DNA of 64,000 nt from the NCBI GenBank assembly GCA_964600695.1, contig CAZRKK010000002.1, positions 5,354 through 69,353 on the forward strand, given 5' to 3'. Positions 26,996 through 37,334 of this stretch are shown here, piece by piece; positions within the stretch are counted from its first letter, which is position 1, and every line of letters starts with the position of its first letter. A program made the translations under genes and the position numbers. The notes beneath the pieces were generated by a model. The model had not been told where the DNA came from and ran no database searches. It saw only the letters and a program-made list of their open reading frames with translations. Source of the DNA: an uncultured Candidatus Saccharibacteria bacterium. GTDB taxonomy: Bacteria; Patescibacteriota; Doudnabacteria; UBA920.

Positions 26996-28238
26996 GGAAT
27001 TAATTTTTAGTTTAACCATGAATGATTTAGAAACTCAACAATCAAATAATAATTCAGAAATCACCGGCCAAAAACTTGGTATCGTTGTGTTGGCTCTGGT
27101 GTTTGGTATTGTCGGAGGGTTATACGGATCATTAGATTTAGCTCGTCGACCATTTTTCCAAAAGATATTTGGTGGAAATAATTCAACCAATTCTGGATAC
27201 ACTCAAAATTTAGTTTTAAACGAACAATCAGCTACAACCGATGTTGTAAAAAAGGCTGGTCCAGCAGTGGTCTCGATAGTAGTTTCCAAAGATATTAGTC
27301 AATCACAGCAATTTAGGTTTGACCCATTTAACTTTTTTGGGCAGATGCCTAACCAAAATTTACCTAAAACACCAAATGTTCAAGAAGTGGGTGCTGGGAG
27401 TGGGTTTTTTGTTAGCAGTGATGGGATGATTATGACTAATAAGCATGTGGTCAGTGATACATCGGCAAAGTATTCTGTAATTACTAACGATGGAAAATCT
27501 TATGATGCCACGGTATTATCTTTAGACCCAACAAATGATATCGCCATTATAAAAATTGATATTAAAGACGCACCATTTTTGGAGTTAGCAGATTCTAGTC
27601 AATTGCAGTTAGGTCAACATGTTATAGCAATCGGAAATTCTTTAGGTCAATATCAAAACACTGTAACTACTGGAATTATCTCCGGTATTGGTAGAAGTAT
27701 TACCGCAGGTGGAGCAGGGGAATTGGAACAGCTAGATGGTGTTATCCAAACTGATGCTGCGATAAACTCTGGTAATTCTGGTGGGCCTTTACTTGATCTT
27801 GCTGGAAGAGTTGTGGGTATCAACACCGCTGTTGACCAACAGGGCCAATCTATTGGTTTTGCTTTACCTGCTAATGATGTAAAAATTGCTCTAGAGAGTT
27901 ATAAGAAAGACGGCAAGATTACTCGACCATATTTGGGAGTTAGATATTTTATGATCACTGATGCCATTGCGAAGACAGAAAAGTTACCTAAAGATTATGG
28001 TGCATTTATAGTCGGTGGTAATAATGCAGACGCCGCTGTTGTACCTGGTAGTCCAGCCGATCAAGCAGGTCTTAAAGAGAATGATATTATTTTAGAAATT
28101 GAAGGAAATAAGTTAACAGATAATTATTCATTATCTAGAGCAATGAAGAAGTATCGACCTAACGATCAGGTGAGTATAAAAATTTTTAGAGATGGTGAAG
28201 AAAAAAATGTAACAGTAACATTAGGCGAAACTAAATGA
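26979..28238 (+). CDS. htrA: HtrA/DegP-family serine protease with PDZ domain (true start possibly ATG 27018)
   Basis: GSGFFVSSDGMIMTNKHVV (His), GNSGGPLLD (Ser), C-terminal PDZ. Confidence 0.85.
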   Translation: MYHVIKELIFSLTMNDLETQQSNNNSEITGQKLGIVVLALVFGIVGGLYGSLDLARRPFFQKIFGGNNSTNSGYTQNLVLNEQSATTDVVKKAGPAVVSIVVSKDISQSQQFRFDPFNFFGQMPNQNLPKTPNVQEVGAGSGFFVSSDGMIMTNKHVVSDTSAKYSVITNDGKSYDATVLSLDPTNDIAIIKIDIKDAPFLELADSSQLQLGQHVIAIGNSLGQYQNTVTTGIISGIGRSITAGGAGELEQLDGVIQTDAAINSGNSGGPLLDLAGRVVGINTAVDQQGQSIGFALPANDVKIALESYKKDGKITRPYLGVRYFMITDAIAKTEKLPKDYGAFIVGGNNADAAVVPGSPADQAGLKENDIILEIEGNKLTDNYSLSRAMKKYRPNDQVSIKIFRDGEEKNVTVTLGETK

Positions 28239-28639
28239 AGATATTAGGAATGGATTATGGTACTAAACGAATTGGCTTAGCTATTTCGGACGAGACTCAT
28301 ACTTTGGCTAGGGAATATGCCATTTGGCCAGCAGTAGAAGTTGATGATGAGTTCTGGAAAAAACTTGCTGAGCTTATAGAAGCCGAAGATATAGAAAAAA
28401 TTGTTCTAGGGATGCCACTGAATATGTCTGGTGAGTCAACTCAAAAATCTGAAGAGGTCCAAAAGTTTAATCAAGTTTTACAAGAGCAAGTAAGTGTACC
28501 AGTGGAATTAGTTGATGAAAGACTCTCGAGTGTGATGGCCGAAAACTTATCTGGGCAAATGTCCGGCCAGCACCATCAAATAGATAGCTTAGCCGCTCAA
28601 ATCTTCTTACAAAATTATTTAAACCAAAATAAAAAATAA
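28235..28639 (+). CDS. ruvX: Putative pre-16S rRNA nuclease / Holliday-junction resolvase-like YqgF
   Basis: MKILGMDYGTKRIGLAISDE; ATGA overlap with htrA. Confidence 0.85.
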   Translation: MKILGMDYGTKRIGLAISDETHTLAREYAIWPAVEVDDEFWKKLAELIEAEDIEKIVLGMPLNMSGESTQKSEEVQKFNQVLQEQVSVPVELVDERLSSVMAENLSGQMSGQHHQIDSLAAQIFLQNYLNQNKK

Positions 28640-28641
28640 CA

Positions 28642-29664
28642 ATGTCACAATTTAGACGCAATCCAATCAATAAACAGTGGGTATTAATTGCCCCAGGTCG
28701 CGGCAAACGACCTGAGGATTTTCGAACATACAGTGTAAGTTATGGGCTTCCAGAGCTTGACCCGACTTGTATTTTTTGTCCAGGAAATGAAGGAAAAAAC
28801 CCAGACTTGTCAACTGATTCTAGTCGAATTCCAAATAATAAGGATTGGCAATTGCGTGTGATTCCTAATAAGTTCCGGTCGTTGGAGCAGACTAAAGTTT
28901 ATAGTAATAAGGATTTTTATGAATCTCGCTCTGGTTATGGTGATCACGAAGTAATTATTACTCGTAAACATAATGAACCACCGGCTTTGCAATCCGCAGT
29001 GCTTGTTCAACAAAGTTTGAAGTTATTCCAGGATCGGATTAAAGAAATTCAAAAAGACCCAGAGATAAATTATGTTCAAATATTCCACAATCATGGTCGT
29101 GATGCTGGGGCTTCGTTGGTTCATCCTCATTACCAAATTTTAGCGACTCCAATGGTGCCTCCTCATGTACATGAGGAACTTCGTGGTTGTTACCATCATT
29201 ATCAAGAGACTGGTAAGTGTTTGTATTGCGAGATAGTCAAAGAAGAGCTTAAGCATAAAGATCGAATCGTTTATGAAGATGATTATTTTGTAGTCATGTC
29301 TGCTTATGCATCTCGTAGTCCGTTTGAGACTTGGATTTTGCCAAAACGTCATCATTCCAGATTCGAAACAACTTCTGATGTGGAATTACTTCACTTAGCT
29401 CATGTCTTAAAAAAAGTACTCGGTACATTATATGTGAAGCTTGCTGACCCCCCTTTGAATTATTATATTCATACTATGCCTCGCTCGAGTGATAAGCATT
29501 TAGTGCACGAAGAGAAAAGTTACCACTGGCATTTAACAGTATTCCCACGTTTAACTATTTGGGCAGGCTTTGAATATGGAACAGGGATTCCTGTAAACCC
29601 AATGCCTCCAGAAGAGACAGCTAAGTTTTTAAGAGGGGATGCAAATCTTGGGAGGTCTAACTAA
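28642..29664 (+). CDS. galT: Galactose-1-phosphate uridylyltransferase family (GalT-type HIT) protein
   Basis: CIFCPGNEGKNPD and HPHYQILA (HxHxQ). Confidence 0.7.
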   Translation: MSQFRRNPINKQWVLIAPGRGKRPEDFRTYSVSYGLPELDPTCIFCPGNEGKNPDLSTDSSRIPNNKDWQLRVIPNKFRSLEQTKVYSNKDFYESRSGYGDHEVIITRKHNEPPALQSAVLVQQSLKLFQDRIKEIQKDPEINYVQIFHNHGRDAGASLVHPHYQILATPMVPPHVHEELRGCYHHYQETGKCLYCEIVKEELKHKDRIVYEDDYFVVMSAYASRSPFETWILPKRHHSRFETTSDVELLHLAHVLKKVLGTLYVKLADPPLNYYIHTMPRSSDKHLVHEEKSYHWHLTVFPRLTIWAGFEYGTGIPVNPMPPEETAKFLRGDANLGRSN

Positions 29665-30347
29665 TGTCAAAAATAATTATTGCTAACTGGAAGCTGAATC
29701 CTATGACTGCTCGCGAGGCTACAGATTTAGCAAGAAAAATTGATGTAGTTTCTAAATATGAAGTTGTGTTATGTCCACCAACTCCATTTTTGGGAGTGAT
29801 TGAATATATGCACAAAGGAGCTCAAGATGTCAGCTCTCAAATTAAAGGACCCTACACTGGTCAAATTTCGAGTGCCAACCTAGCAAGCCTTGGAGTGACT
29901 TATTGCATAGTTGGTCATAGTGAAAGAAGAGCTTTAGGCGAAACCGACACACAAATCAACGAAAAAATTCATGCTTTGCTAGATTATAAAATTACTCCAA
30001 TTTTGTGTGTTGGCTATGGCACAGCAGTGAATCAGGACGAACTAGAAGTTACAGATGTATTAGCTTCTCAACTCCGACAAGATTTAGATGAAGTTGATGT
30101 TAAAAAAGTTATTGTCGCTTACGAACCAGTATGGGCAATCGGTTCTGGAAGGCCAGCTACACCAGATCACGCCGAGCAAATTGCTTTGTATATCAGTACA
30201 AAGTTTGGAGTACGGTCTGTGATATATGGTGGTAGTGTAAATAGTACTAATAGCGCTAACTTTTTAAGTCAGCATAATGTTGGCGGTCTATTGGTTGGTG
30301 GAGCTTCATTGCTTGCCGACGATTTTAATAAAATTATTCAGTCATAA
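29664..30347 (+). CDS. tpiA: Triosephosphate isomerase
   Basis: IIANWKLN, GHSERR, AYEPVWAIGSG. Confidence 0.9.
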   Translation: MSKIIIANWKLNPMTAREATDLARKIDVVSKYEVVLCPPTPFLGVIEYMHKGAQDVSSQIKGPYTGQISSANLASLGVTYCIVGHSERRALGETDTQINEKIHALLDYKITPILCVGYGTAVNQDELEVTDVLASQLRQDLDEVDVKKVIVAYEPVWAIGSGRPATPDHAEQIALYISTKFGVRSVIYGGSVNSTNSANFLSQHNVGGLLVGGASLLADDFNKIIQS

Positions 30348-30370
30348 CGCGGCTCAGCCGCAATACAAAA

Positions 30371-30841
30371 ATGATTTACATTGGAGCCGATCACGGCGGA
30401 TACAAATTAAAGGAACATATTAAAAAGTTTTTAGTTAAAGAGTGGAACCGAGAGTCTGGTGGCCAACAGCTCGAACTAAAGGATCTTGGAGCAAGCAAGT
30501 TTAAAGATGGGGATGATTACCCTGATTATGCTGCCAGAGTAGCTAAGCAGGTTTCCGCAAATCCTTTAGCTAATTTAGGAATCTTGATTTGTCGCAGTGG
30601 GCAAGGTGTATGCATAGTGGCTAATAAGTTTAAAGGGGTTCGAGCAGTATTAGTATGGAACGAACTCGAAGCCAAAATGAGTAGAAATGACGATATGAGC
30701 AACGTGTTATGTTTGCCAAGTGATTATATAGATACAAAGATGGCAGAAAAGATTGTTAAGGCGTGGCTCGAGACGCCATTTTCGACGGAGCAGAGGCATA
30801 TGCGACGTGTGAAGAAGATCAGTGCTTTAGAAAATAATTAG
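30371..30841 (+). CDS. rpiB: Ribose-5-phosphate isomerase B
   Basis: MIYIGADHGGYKLKEHIKKFL ... ICRSGQGVCIVANKF. Confidence 0.85.
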   Translation: MIYIGADHGGYKLKEHIKKFLVKEWNRESGGQQLELKDLGASKFKDGDDYPDYAARVAKQVSANPLANLGILICRSGQGVCIVANKFKGVRAVLVWNELEAKMSRNDDMSNVLCLPSDYIDTKMAEKIVKAWLETPFSTEQRHMRRVKKISALENN

Positions 30842-30850
30842 AAAACATAA

Positions 30851-31489
30851 ATGCTTATTCCGGCAATATTAGAAAATAATAAAAAGAAATATTTAGAAAA
30901 TCTAAAAGCAGTTTTAGCATTGAAGAATATCAAGTCTATACAAATAGATTTTGCCGATGGGGAATTTGTGGCCACTAAAACTTTACCAATCGCCGAGATA
31001 GAACTTCCTGCAAGGTCTAAAATTTTGTTCGAAGCACATTTGATGGTTAAAGAACCCAAGGATTTTGTTTTGTATCAAAAGGCTGGGTTTAAAAAAATCA
31101 TCGTTCATTACGAAGCTTTTAAAAGTGAACTTGATTTAGAAGCAGCTATAGAAGAAATAAAAAAGTTAAAAATGATTCCTGCAATAGCCATTTCTCCAAC
31201 TAGTGAAATTTCTGTAATTCGTTATCATACTGATACAATCAAGGACTTCACTTTGTTGGCTGTGGTTCCGGGTAGGCAAGGACAAAAAATGTTACCAGAA
31301 ACTTTTGATCGACTTCGAGAATTAAGAGATCATGCCCCAGGTGCAAATATCGAGATAGATGGCGGAGTTGATGGTAAAAATATTGCTTCTTTAATAGACG
31401 CCGGCGCAACAGATTGCGTAGCAGGTTCAAGTTTACTAAGAGGTGATATTAAAGAGAATTATAAAGTGCTTATGGAGGCTTTAAAATAA
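30851..31489 (+). CDS. rpe: Ribulose-phosphate 3-epimerase-like TIM-barrel protein
   Basis: IQIDFADGEFV and EAHLMVKEP resemble Rpe metal-binding segments; position between rpiB and tkt. Confidence 0.65.
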   Translation: MLIPAILENNKKKYLENLKAVLALKNIKSIQIDFADGEFVATKTLPIAEIELPARSKILFEAHLMVKEPKDFVLYQKAGFKKIIVHYEAFKSELDLEAAIEEIKKLKMIPAIAISPTSEISVIRYHTDTIKDFTLLAVVPGRQGQKMLPETFDRLRELRDHAPGANIEIDGGVDGKNIASLIDAGATDCVAGSSLLRGDIKENYKVLMEALK

Positions 31490-32340
31490 TGTCAAAACTT
31501 TCATCAACAGATTTACAACTAACTGCTAATAAAATTCGAGAAGATATTATCAGTATGTTAGTGGAGGCGGGGAGTGGTCACAGCGCCGGACCTTTAGGTA
31601 TGGCTGATGTTTTCACTGCTTTGTATTTTGAAGTCATGAATATTAATCCTCATGACCCTAATTGGGAAGAACGTGATTGGTTAATTTTATCGTGTGGCCA
31701 TATTTGTCCAGTGTTGTACGCAACAATGTCTGAACGTGGCTATTTCCCAGCGTCAGAATTAAAATCGCTTCGCAAGCTTGGTACTCGTTTGCAAGGACAT
31801 CCTCATAACTTATCTTTACCTGGCATAGAAACAACTAGCGGACCCTTAGCACAGGGTGCTTCTCAGGCTGTGGGAGTAGCTTTAGCAATGCGGATGAGTG
31901 GTAAAAAGAATCGTGTTTATTTAGTGATGTCGGATGGTGAGCAAAATGAAGGTCAGATTTGGGAAGCTGTTATGTTGGCTGGCAAAGAAAAACTTCATAA
32001 TCTTACTGCCATTATAGACCGCAATAATATTCAAATTGATGGTTATACAGAAGATGTTATGCCTTTGGACAATTTGAAAGCAAAGTACGAAGCCTTTAAT
32101 TGGCACGTTATAGAAGTTGATGGACACAATATTCAGGCAGTGATTAATGCCTATCGTGAAGCAGAGGCGGTGTATGAAAAACCAACAGTCATTATTGCGC
32201 ATACCATTCCAGGGAAGGGCGTGGACTTTATGGAGGGTAAGTTTGAATGGCATGGTAAACCACCAAAAGCTGACGAAGCCAAATTAGCTCTGCAAGAGCT
32301 ACGTACATTGCAAGGAAAAATTAAAAGTGAACATGAATAA
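31489..32340 (+). CDS. Transketolase, N-terminal (TPP-binding) subunit
   Basis: GSGHSAGPLGMADV ... DGEQNEGQIWEA. Confidence 0.85.
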   Translation: MSKLSSTDLQLTANKIREDIISMLVEAGSGHSAGPLGMADVFTALYFEVMNINPHDPNWEERDWLILSCGHICPVLYATMSERGYFPASELKSLRKLGTRLQGHPHNLSLPGIETTSGPLAQGASQAVGVALAMRMSGKKNRVYLVMSDGEQNEGQIWEAVMLAGKEKLHNLTAIIDRNNIQIDGYTEDVMPLDNLKAKYEAFNWHVIEVDGHNIQAVINAYREAEAVYEKPTVIIAHTIPGKGVDFMEGKFEWHGKPPKADEAKLALQELRTLQGKIKSEHE

Positions 32341-32367
32341 TTTTATTAATATAATTAACCAAAAATC

Positions 32368-34125
32368 ATGACAATTCTAATAGGGCTTATTGTAATAATA
32401 TTTTTAATTACTTTAAGCAGAAGAGTTTCTAAAATTGAAGATGCTCTTAAAATCAATCCTGCATTAGGTCGGGCTGTACAACAGCCAGTACCACAGCCAC
32501 AAACCGCACAACCATTACAAGTTGCTCAAACAGCAAAGGTTGCCCAAAAAGCTAGTGCTACTCAACCGGTTGTTGTTGAAACTAATCATCTTGATTCAAA
32601 ATCTTTTGTTAATGCCTTGCCAAAAATTGGGGTCATTGCTCTAGTATTTGGTTTAGCATTTTTCCTAAAATATGCGATTGATCAAGGATGGATTAGTGAA
32701 TCTTTGCGTTTGGGTTTGGGTGCAGTGGTTGGTGGATTGTTATTGGTTCTATTTTATTTATGGAAAGAAAAATATGCTAAGTATGCCTTAGTCTTGGCTG
32801 GTGGAGGATTAGCTATTTGGTATTTAACAATTTTTGCAGCAGTAGAAATGTATGCCATGTTGAGCATGAATGGTGGATTAATCATTTTGTCGATAGTTAC
32901 TATAATCGGTTTATTGCTGGCATATAAAACAAAGTCTCCGAGTTTATCAGCTTTGGCTTGGGGAGGCGCATTTTTATCTCCAATCATATTGTCGTTTAAT
33001 TCCAGTTCTTATAGTTTAATGTTGATTTATATCAGCATCGTCGTGTTGGGATTACTAACATCTATTGTTTATACGAAGTCTTACAAATTATTTGCACTTA
33101 TAATTGCTGGAACTGCCGTTAACTTATTATTCGGGTTGTTCGCAGGATTGTTCACAGAAGAATATTATATTAGAACTCTAATCTTTTTAATAATCCATCT
33201 ATGTGCTAATACGTTTGTAATTACTAATCTTATTCGATCCGATAAAGCAGAGAATAAAGAAATAAATCAAACAGAGTTCGGGCTTTTATTAGTTTTGATA
33301 TTTGCAATTTTTGTGTTGCCAACAGCGTTGATTGCATACTTTAAGTTTAATGATTACTCTACACTTATCATGACTGCTTTGGCTGTTTGGACTTTCCTAA
33401 TTTATGCATTTATTGATCGATTAGAGCTCACTAAGCTTAATTATTTGTTGTCTGGGTTTGGCACATCTCTTTTAGTAATTAGTGTGATTTGGCAGTTTGG
33501 TGATAATTCTCAAGTAGTTATGTTTTATATTCTGGGTTTGGTGGGGATTATCGTTGGTTATATTCAAAAACGAGCGGAACTTCGAGCGTGGGGAGTTTCT
33601 ACAGTTATGGTTGGTCTAGTCTCAGCTTGTTTGGTTAGTTATGGTTCTGTTCCACAGTTGATTGTCACTCAAAAATTTGGTCTCGAAATGCTCGGGTTGG
33701 TAGCATTGGGTGTCGCATATATTTTCTTTAAGGAAGATCAACTCTCAGAATTCGAACATGATATTCATTTAGCAATTCAGTATCTCATAGCTGGATTTGC
33801 ATGGTTCTTTATTTCTTGGGACTTGTATAACTACTATTCTGCTTTCGACCAAGTTAATCAAAGAAATCTATCCTTAAGTTTGTGGTGGTTGGTTTATGCA
33901 ACACTCTTACTTGGAGCTTCTGTTACTCACGTTCTTAAACCTTTAAGAAAAGTAGGTTTGTTGCTATTTGGTTTAGTAATTATCAAAGTGTTTCTTTATG
34001 ACGTGCAGAGTCTAGATATGGTTTATAGAATAATTTCATTTATCAGTTTAGGTGTAATTCTGTTGGTGGTCTCATTTATCTATCAACACAACAAAGAAAA
34101 AATTATCAAATATATTGAATCTTAA
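32368..34125 (+). CDS. Polytopic integral membrane protein (585 aa, ~14 TM) encoded between the two transketolase halves
   Basis: Hydrophobic throughout; stop overlaps the next start (TAATG at 34123-34127). Confidence 0.7.
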   Translation: MTILIGLIVIIFLITLSRRVSKIEDALKINPALGRAVQQPVPQPQTAQPLQVAQTAKVAQKASATQPVVVETNHLDSKSFVNALPKIGVIALVFGLAFFLKYAIDQGWISESLRLGLGAVVGGLLLVLFYLWKEKYAKYALVLAGGGLAIWYLTIFAAVEMYAMLSMNGGLIILSIVTIIGLLLAYKTKSPSLSALAWGGAFLSPIILSFNSSSYSLMLIYISIVVLGLLTSIVYTKSYKLFALIIAGTAVNLLFGLFAGLFTEEYYIRTLIFLIIHLCANTFVITNLIRSDKAENKEINQTEFGLLLVLIFAIFVLPTALIAYFKFNDYSTLIMTALAVWTFLIYAFIDRLELTKLNYLLSGFGTSLLVISVIWQFGDNSQVVMFYILGLVGIIVGYIQKRAELRAWGVSTVMVGLVSACLVSYGSVPQLIVTQKFGLEMLGLVALGVAYIFFKEDQLSEFEHDIHLAIQYLIAGFAWFFISWDLYNYYSAFDQVNQRNLSLSLWWLVYATLLLGASVTHVLKPLRKVGLLLFGLVIIKVFLYDVQSLDMVYRIISFISLGVILLVVSFIYQHNKEKIIKYIES

Positions 34126-35135
34126 TGTTTAACCCAACGCAAAAACTTAATCCCAAACTTAGCGTGATGAGCGCAAGCGATCTGGACAACCTAATAGAGC
34201 AAAAACCGACTCGGGATGGTTTTGGCGAAGCTTTGTTGCGTCTAGGTGAGCAAGACGAACGAATTGTTGTTCTAACCGGCGACTTAAAAGAAAGTACGCG
34301 CGTGCAAGCTTTTGCAGATAAATTTCCTGATAGATTTGTAGAATGTGGGGTTGCAGAACAAAATATGATGGGTGTGGCGGCAGGACTAGCGCTTGCAGGA
34401 AAAATCCCTTTTGCTGCTAGTTACGCTACTTTTAGCCCTGGACGTAATTGGGATCAATTTCGAGTCTCGGTTTGTTATAGCAAGGCTAATGTGAAGGTAA
34501 TAGGTGCTCATACAGGGGTTTCTGTGGGCCCTGACGGTGCAACTCATCAAGCTCTAGAAGATATAGCTATTACCCGTGTGCTTCCAAATTTAACTGTACT
34601 GCAACCAATCGACGCCATCGAAGCCTCAAAAGCAGTGATCGCGATGAGTGATATAGATGGGCCAGTGTATATTCGATTAACTAGAGAAAAAAGTCCTGTT
34701 ATTACAACGCCGGATTCTCCATTCGAAATTGGGAAAGCAAATATATTAAGAGATGGTACGGATGTAGCGATAATAGGGTGTGGCCCAATACTGTATAATG
34801 CTATTAAGGCCGCAGTAGAGTTAGAGAAACAAAATATTAGTGTTTTGATAATCAACAACCATACTATCAAGCCAATCGATAAAAATACTATTCTGTGGGC
34901 AGCTAAGTTAACTAAGGCGGTTGTGACAGTAGAAGAGCACCAAATAGATGGTGGCTTGGGAAGCGCAGTGGCAGAAGTCTTAGCCAGAAATTACCCTGTG
35001 CCTGTCGAGATGGTGGGGATGCCAAATACTTTTGGTGAAAGTGGAACCCCAGAAGAATTATTCGAAAAATATGGCATGGGTGTACAGTCTATAGTTAAGT
35101 CAATAAAGAAAGCGATATCTAGAAAACAAAGTTAA
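34125..35135 (+). CDS. Transketolase, C-terminal subunit
   Basis: GVAEQNMMGVAAGLALAGKIPF. Confidence 0.85.
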   Translation: MFNPTQKLNPKLSVMSASDLDNLIEQKPTRDGFGEALLRLGEQDERIVVLTGDLKESTRVQAFADKFPDRFVECGVAEQNMMGVAAGLALAGKIPFAASYATFSPGRNWDQFRVSVCYSKANVKVIGAHTGVSVGPDGATHQALEDIAITRVLPNLTVLQPIDAIEASKAVIAMSDIDGPVYIRLTREKSPVITTPDSPFEIGKANILRDGTDVAIIGCGPILYNAIKAAVELEKQNISVLIINNHTIKPIDKNTILWAAKLTKAVVTVEEHQIDGGLGSAVAEVLARNYPVPVEMVGMPNTFGESGTPEELFEKYGMGVQSIVKSIKKAISRKQS

Positions 35136-35155
35136 AGAAATTATTAAAATAAATT

Positions 35156-36181
35156 ATGCCGAAAACCAAATTTGATTTAATCGCCATTGGTGATCCTACA
35201 ATAGATACTTTTTTGTTGGTCGATGATATTGAAGTAAAAAAAATTAACGGACAACTAAAAGCTATTATAAGCTGGGGTGATAAACTGCCAGTGCAAAAAT
35301 TTTATCGTACAGTTGCTGGGAATGCTGCTAATAATGCTGTTGGAAGTAGTCGATTGGGTCTTAAAACGGCTTTCTATACAGTTCTCGCTCATGATGCAGG
35401 TGGAAGAGAGATTATTCACAAAATGCAAAAAGAAAAAGTTGTTACAGATTATATTGTCATCGATGACAAGCACCCAACTAACGCATCTACAGTACTAAGC
35501 CATAACGGCGAACGGACTATCTTTGTATATCATGAGCATCGAAAATATGTTTTGCCAAAATTGGCACCAGCAAAATGGGTTTACTTAACAAGCTTGGGTG
35601 ATGGCTTCGAAAAAATTTATAAAGATTTGGCTAAGTATTTAGATAAGAATAAAGTCGAGCTAGCTTTTAATCCGGGAACATTTCAACTTCGTAAAGGCCC
35701 TAAGTTTAATAAATTAATGCTCGAAAGAACTTCTGTATTGTCATTAAATAAAGAGGAAGCGCAAAGCTGGGTAGGGAATAGTGAAGATATCGAAGTCTTG
35801 GCGAAAAAATTACAGAAACTTGGGCCAAAGTGTGTAGTAATTACAGATGGTCGTAAAGGTGCTTATAGTTATAGTAACGAAGGTTATTTTTATATCACAG
35901 AATTTCCTGGACCACGCATAGATGCAACAGGGGCAGGTGATAGTTTTACCACTGCGTATGTCGCAGCTTTGGCAAGTGGGCAATCTCATAAGGAGGCCTT
36001 ACGGTGGGGTCCTGTGAATGCTGCTAGTGTCGTTAATAAAATTGGTCCACAGGAAGGCCTGCTCACTAAGAAGGAACTAGCAGGAAAACTTTCTAGAAGT
36101 AAAAGTTATCAGGCCACAGAAATGAAAGACGAAAAAATTAAATCTAAGATTGCTGCTATGGTAGGAAAGATGAAGGATTAA
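35156..36181 (+). CDS. PfkB-family sugar/sugar-phosphate kinase
   Basis: C-terminal DATGAGDSF PfkB signature. Confidence 0.75.
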   Translation: MPKTKFDLIAIGDPTIDTFLLVDDIEVKKINGQLKAIISWGDKLPVQKFYRTVAGNAANNAVGSSRLGLKTAFYTVLAHDAGGREIIHKMQKEKVVTDYIVIDDKHPTNASTVLSHNGERTIFVYHEHRKYVLPKLAPAKWVYLTSLGDGFEKIYKDLAKYLDKNKVELAFNPGTFQLRKGPKFNKLMLERTSVLSLNKEEAQSWVGNSEDIEVLAKKLQKLGPKCVVITDGRKGAYSYSNEGYFYITEFPGPRIDATGAGDSFTTAYVAALASGQSHKEALRWGPVNAASVVNKIGPQEGLLTKKELAGKLSRSKSYQATEMKDEKIKSKIAAMVGKMKD

Positions 36182-36182
36182 A

Positions 36183-37049
36183 ATGTTAGTTCATATCAAA
36201 GAACTTTTCAACTCAGAAGTTAGGGGAAAGTTTGCTTACCCAGCCTTCAATACTATGAATCTCGAAATAACTCGAGGTATTATTGAAGCTGCCGAGGAAT
36301 TAAATACTCCAATTATTATAGAGACAAGTGAAGGAGCCATTAAGTATGCTGGGCTTGAGCCTATGTTCGAAATAATTGCTAGCCTTGCAATTAAAGCCAA
36401 GATTCCAGTAGCTTTGCATATGGATCATGGTAAAGATATGGAACAGTTGCAGAGAGGTATTGAACTCGGATATTCTTCAGTGATGATTGATCATTCTTCT
36501 TTACCTATTAATGAGAATATAAAGAACACCAAAGCAATGGTTGAATTTGCACATAAGGAAGGCGCTTGGGTTCAGGGTGAAGTGGGCCGTATCCGTGGAA
36601 GTGAAGACTGGGTGTCTGTATCTGAGAGTGAAAGTTTGCTGACTGAGCCCCAAGAAGCTTTAAAATTTTGGCAGGACACCAATGTTGATAGTTTAGCTTG
36701 TTCTTTTGGTACAATTCACGGTATTATTAAGATGAGTGGAAAGGCTGAAGCTAATGTAGACATCGACCGCATTAAACAGGTGTCTGAACTAGTTCCAGTT
36801 CCTTTAGTGTTACATGGTGCAAGCGGTGTACCTGATGATGTGATCGCCAATGCAATTAAAGCCGGCATCAGTATTATTAATATTGATACGGAGTTAAGGA
36901 TAGGGTTCACTAAAAATTTAAGACAGGCGTTATTAGAGCATCCTGATGAAGTTGACCCAAGAAAATATTTAACACCGGCAATTGAAGGTGTTAAGGATGC
37001 AGCAAAAAAGAAGTTATTAGCATTTAAAACAATTAATCAACTTAATTAA
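36183..37049 (+). CDS. fba: Class II fructose-bisphosphate aldolase
   Basis: ALHMDHGKD, LVLHGASGVPDD. Confidence 0.85.
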   Translation: MLVHIKELFNSEVRGKFAYPAFNTMNLEITRGIIEAAEELNTPIIIETSEGAIKYAGLEPMFEIIASLAIKAKIPVALHMDHGKDMEQLQRGIELGYSSVMIDHSSLPINENIKNTKAMVEFAHKEGAWVQGEVGRIRGSEDWVSVSESESLLTEPQEALKFWQDTNVDSLACSFGTIHGIIKMSGKAEANVDIDRIKQVSELVPVPLVLHGASGVPDDVIANAIKAGISIINIDTELRIGFTKNLRQALLEHPDEVDPRKYLTPAIEGVKDAAKKKLLAFKTINQLN

Positions 37050-37050
37050 T

Positions 37051-37284
37051 ATGGGAATGGCTGGTTCCGGTTTATCGGACAAAAATGTAAGGTTACGTTT
37101 TTTAATCTATATTTTCATGGGGGTAATTGCTCTCGGTTCTGTGATGTATTGGAAAGTTAAACTTTTTGAGAATTCAGAATATGTAGAACTGACTTTCGGT
37201 ACTCATAAAGAAAAAGATCCATCACTCTTACAATCAGAAAATTATCAAATCGAAACATTCGAGACTTCACCAAGTGTAAAGTAG
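37051..37284 (+). CDS. Small hypothetical single-TM protein
   Basis: 77-aa ORF tightly packed between fba and gap; TM FLIYIFMGVIALGSVMYW. Confidence 0.3.
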   Translation: MGMAGSGLSDKNVRLRFLIYIFMGVIALGSVMYWKVKLFENSEYVELTFGTHKEKDPSLLQSENYQIETFETSPSVK

Positions 37285-37334
37285 TTATACGTAGCAACGC
37301 AAATAGACCGTAGTATTGAAATAAAAATAATAAA

